This document shows positions 61,660 through 64,000 of a stretch of 64,000 nucleotides of DNA, piece after piece (the first letter of the stretch is position 1; every line of letters begins with the position of its first letter). The stretch covers positions 7,173,408 through 7,237,407 of the forward strand of contig CAVNZM010000009.1 in NCBI GenBank assembly GCA_963693365.1, written 5' to 3'. The DNA is from Amoebidium appalachense. Lineage: Eukaryota; Protista; Ichthyosporea. The translations under genes were made by a program, and so were the position numbers. The notes beneath the pieces were generated by a model. The model worked only from the letters and a program-made list of their open reading frames with translations, did not search any database and was not told the origin of the DNA.

Positions 61660-62525
61660 TTGTGTGCGTGTGCGTGTGTGAGTGCGTGTGTATGCGCTTA
61701 CAGTATTGGTAGCTACGCTTGCCACTGCGGCCTGCGGTCGTGAGTATTACAGCTCACAGGAATTCGGTTTCTTGACCTATCCCGAAAATGATTGGATTTT
61801 AAAATGTGATTTAGATTTTAGCCAACCAAAACGTTTAAAACATTCAAAACCTTTTGATTGGCTTAGTTCTAAACAGGATGGAATGTAAACAAACCCTCAG
61901 TGACTCAGTCATGACCGGAATAACCAAACACCTTCAGTTACAATATACTGTACTCAAAAATCTATCTCGCGGGTTTAGGGAAACCACGCACTAATTAGGC
62001 CAATTAATCAGCACAAGTAACAGCTCGAGAATAATTATAGACAGCGGGCGGCGGACCCGTGCTAAAGCACGCGCAGGCCAATTTTTGTAAACAAAGTCTA
62101 AGGGGATTCTATTTGCTGAGATCTAGCCAATAGGACAAGGTGTGCCAGATGACGGGCAAATTTTGAGCGGTCCGCCAAACGTTATAATTATAAATGGACG
62201 CTCGCAATACGAGCTGGACTCAGTCACTCTACCACAGTACATATACCATCTGCAGCAAGCCGCCAGAAAAGACTTGTGTTTATGCATGTTGTGCATATAG
62301 GACGCCAGTGAGTGCCCGCTTTTCTTGTGGGATGCAACCGTTTATCAGTTAAACGCGGTTCTTCTGTCGACGTCTGTGCGTTTCAGCTCCTTGCTTACTT
62401 CTTCCCATTTCAAAAGGGAAATTCTTTTTCAAAACACTTCGAAAGAAGAGTAATTGCTAATAAGAACACCAACGTCTCGCTGAAACGTAGGATCAAGCCA
62501 ACGCTAGTTATTCCAATAACTGAAA

Positions 62526-62929
62526 ATGTACGTCACGCCTCTCGACCCTGTCGTCGATGCAAGCACCGAATTTCTTCGCCATCGTAGGGAGAACTCGGTT
62601 TCCGACCTTGAAAACGTATCGCAGCTCTTCACAGACCCATCCACCGGATATCTGGTTGTTTTCTCGTTATCGTGCCTAGTTTCTATCATATGTATTGTCG
62701 ACTGCATACACCACACTTATGTTCACTGCAAGGCCAAAAATGCGGAAGCGCCGACGATTCGCAAGTATACCCTCGCCATTCTTCCCGTTCTTCCTTTTGT
62801 CGCGGTTCTGAACACCACGACGCTGATTTTTCCAAAGTCGTATCCAATTGCAGAGTTTCTGAGTGCGGGGTAAGTTTTGCTGTTCAAATGTACGGGTGCA
62901 TCTCTCTCTTCTTTTTTTTTTTTTACCTG

Positions 62930-62969
<40 letters not shown>

Positions 62970-63504
62970 TTTTTATCTTTTTTCCTGTACATGTTTTCAA
63001 GTTGTTTGTGCTCGCGTTGTGCGTTTGCGTGCTTGTGGGTTGTGGGTGTGTGGTTATGGGTAAGTATGTGGTTGTGTGTGTCTCTATGTGTGTGTGACAC
63101 ATAAGCGCCAGTGTCTGTGTGCAACTGTTGTTCGTCTTTTCTTGCATACCGAGCACCACTTCGGAAAGTGCTAGAAACCTTGCATTTACTTGCGTTCGGC
63201 CTTTGATACTCTCCCACGCACAGATATGAGGCTGTTGTTCTTCGGATGCTTCTATCCCTATACGGTGCATACTTTGGCAGCACAGCACGCATGGAGTCTC
63301 GCCTCTCAAAGCTGCCCCCCGCCAAGTACCTCTCGCCCAAACCACTCCGATGGATACCTACGCCAACCATTGAATTCAGCAGGTGTGTTCAAAAGCTTGC
63401 GCAAAAACCTGTGCACTTTTCTTTATGATTCTCGATTAAATGCTGCTGCCTTTTGTTTGCAGGAATTTTTTGCATTCCTCCGGTCTAGTCTCCTCCAACC
63501 CCCA

Positions 63505-63547
<43 letters not shown>

Positions 63548-64000
63548 ACCAACACACACACACACACATACTGCCATATACACAGACATACCTCCCCCCC
63601 CCCCCCCCCCCCACCCTAGTAGGTATGATAATGTGCTTTTAGGGCAGAGCCCGGGAGAAAGGAAGGGGGGGGGGAAAGGGGGGGCATGTGGAGGGGGGAA
63701 GGTTAGGGCATACTATGATCACACATTATAGGCTTCCAAAAACCCAAGCTTTTAAAGGGGACATATTATAATTATTTTACACATGGTGTTCTGATGCCAT
63801 GCAACAACGGGAAACTCACGTGTTTTTCGCGCTGCAGCTGCTACCGTGCCATGGTGTTTCTCGTCAACTTCCTGTTTGTGTGCCGGCCCCTCCTAGCCCT
63901 CATAGGTTGTGTGCTGGCCTACACCACCACCACTTATGTGGATGGGGACATGTCACCCAACTCGGCGTACTTCTACATCACGATAGTGCAGCTTTTCATC
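62526..64000 (+). CDS. TMEM184/organic solute transporter alpha family membrane protein, 5' part (exons 62526-62869, 63224-63382, 63838 to window end)
   Basis: GT-AG introns join in phase. Hydrophobic helices and family-like motifs IRKYTLAIL..LPFVA, GYEAVVLRMLLSLYGAYFG, VCRPLLA, YVDGDMSPNSAYFYITIV. Confidence 0.8.

Noticed and set aside
61899-62228. MITE bounded by AGTGACTCAGTC / GACTCAGTCACT
   Set aside because: Only a 12-bp imperfect inverted repeat with no TSD or second copy; it may be AP-1-like sites upstream of the TMEM184-like gene.

Overview
Eukaryotic, microsatellite-rich genomic DNA. About 53 kb is a nested pile of mobile elements. The base layer is a virus-derived unit made of a Polinton/adintovirus-type protein-primed DNA polymerase B (pPolB) followed by a poxvirus/NCLDV late transcription factor 3 (VLTF3)-like gene. 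It is present as two inverted copies that point away from a 74-bp branched hairpin at 43859-43932. No capsid, packaging ATPase or integrase gene is visible in the window. Inserted into this unit are two copies of a TIR element (CATG target, 3-bp TSD) and two Copia LTR insertions. A full-length 19.2-kb LINE sits inside the first TIR copy, and its ORF2 carries a ~9.5-kb Pro/Gln repeat between the endonuclease and RT. A split-direct-repeat tyrosine-recombinase (Ngaro-like) retrotransposon sits inside the Copia. A Gypsy-like LTR with PBS and a LINE RT fragment follow. The right end holds two intron-containing host genes: trans-3-hydroxy-L-proline dehydratase and a TMEM184/OST-alpha family protein. 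Mobile-element coding DNA lacks GCG/CGC but not other CpG contexts, which suggests context-specific 5mC and possibly an ichthyosporean such as Amoebidium (inference). Many frameshifts fall in homopolymers and may be sequencing errors. All calls come from reading motifs by eye; no database searches were run.
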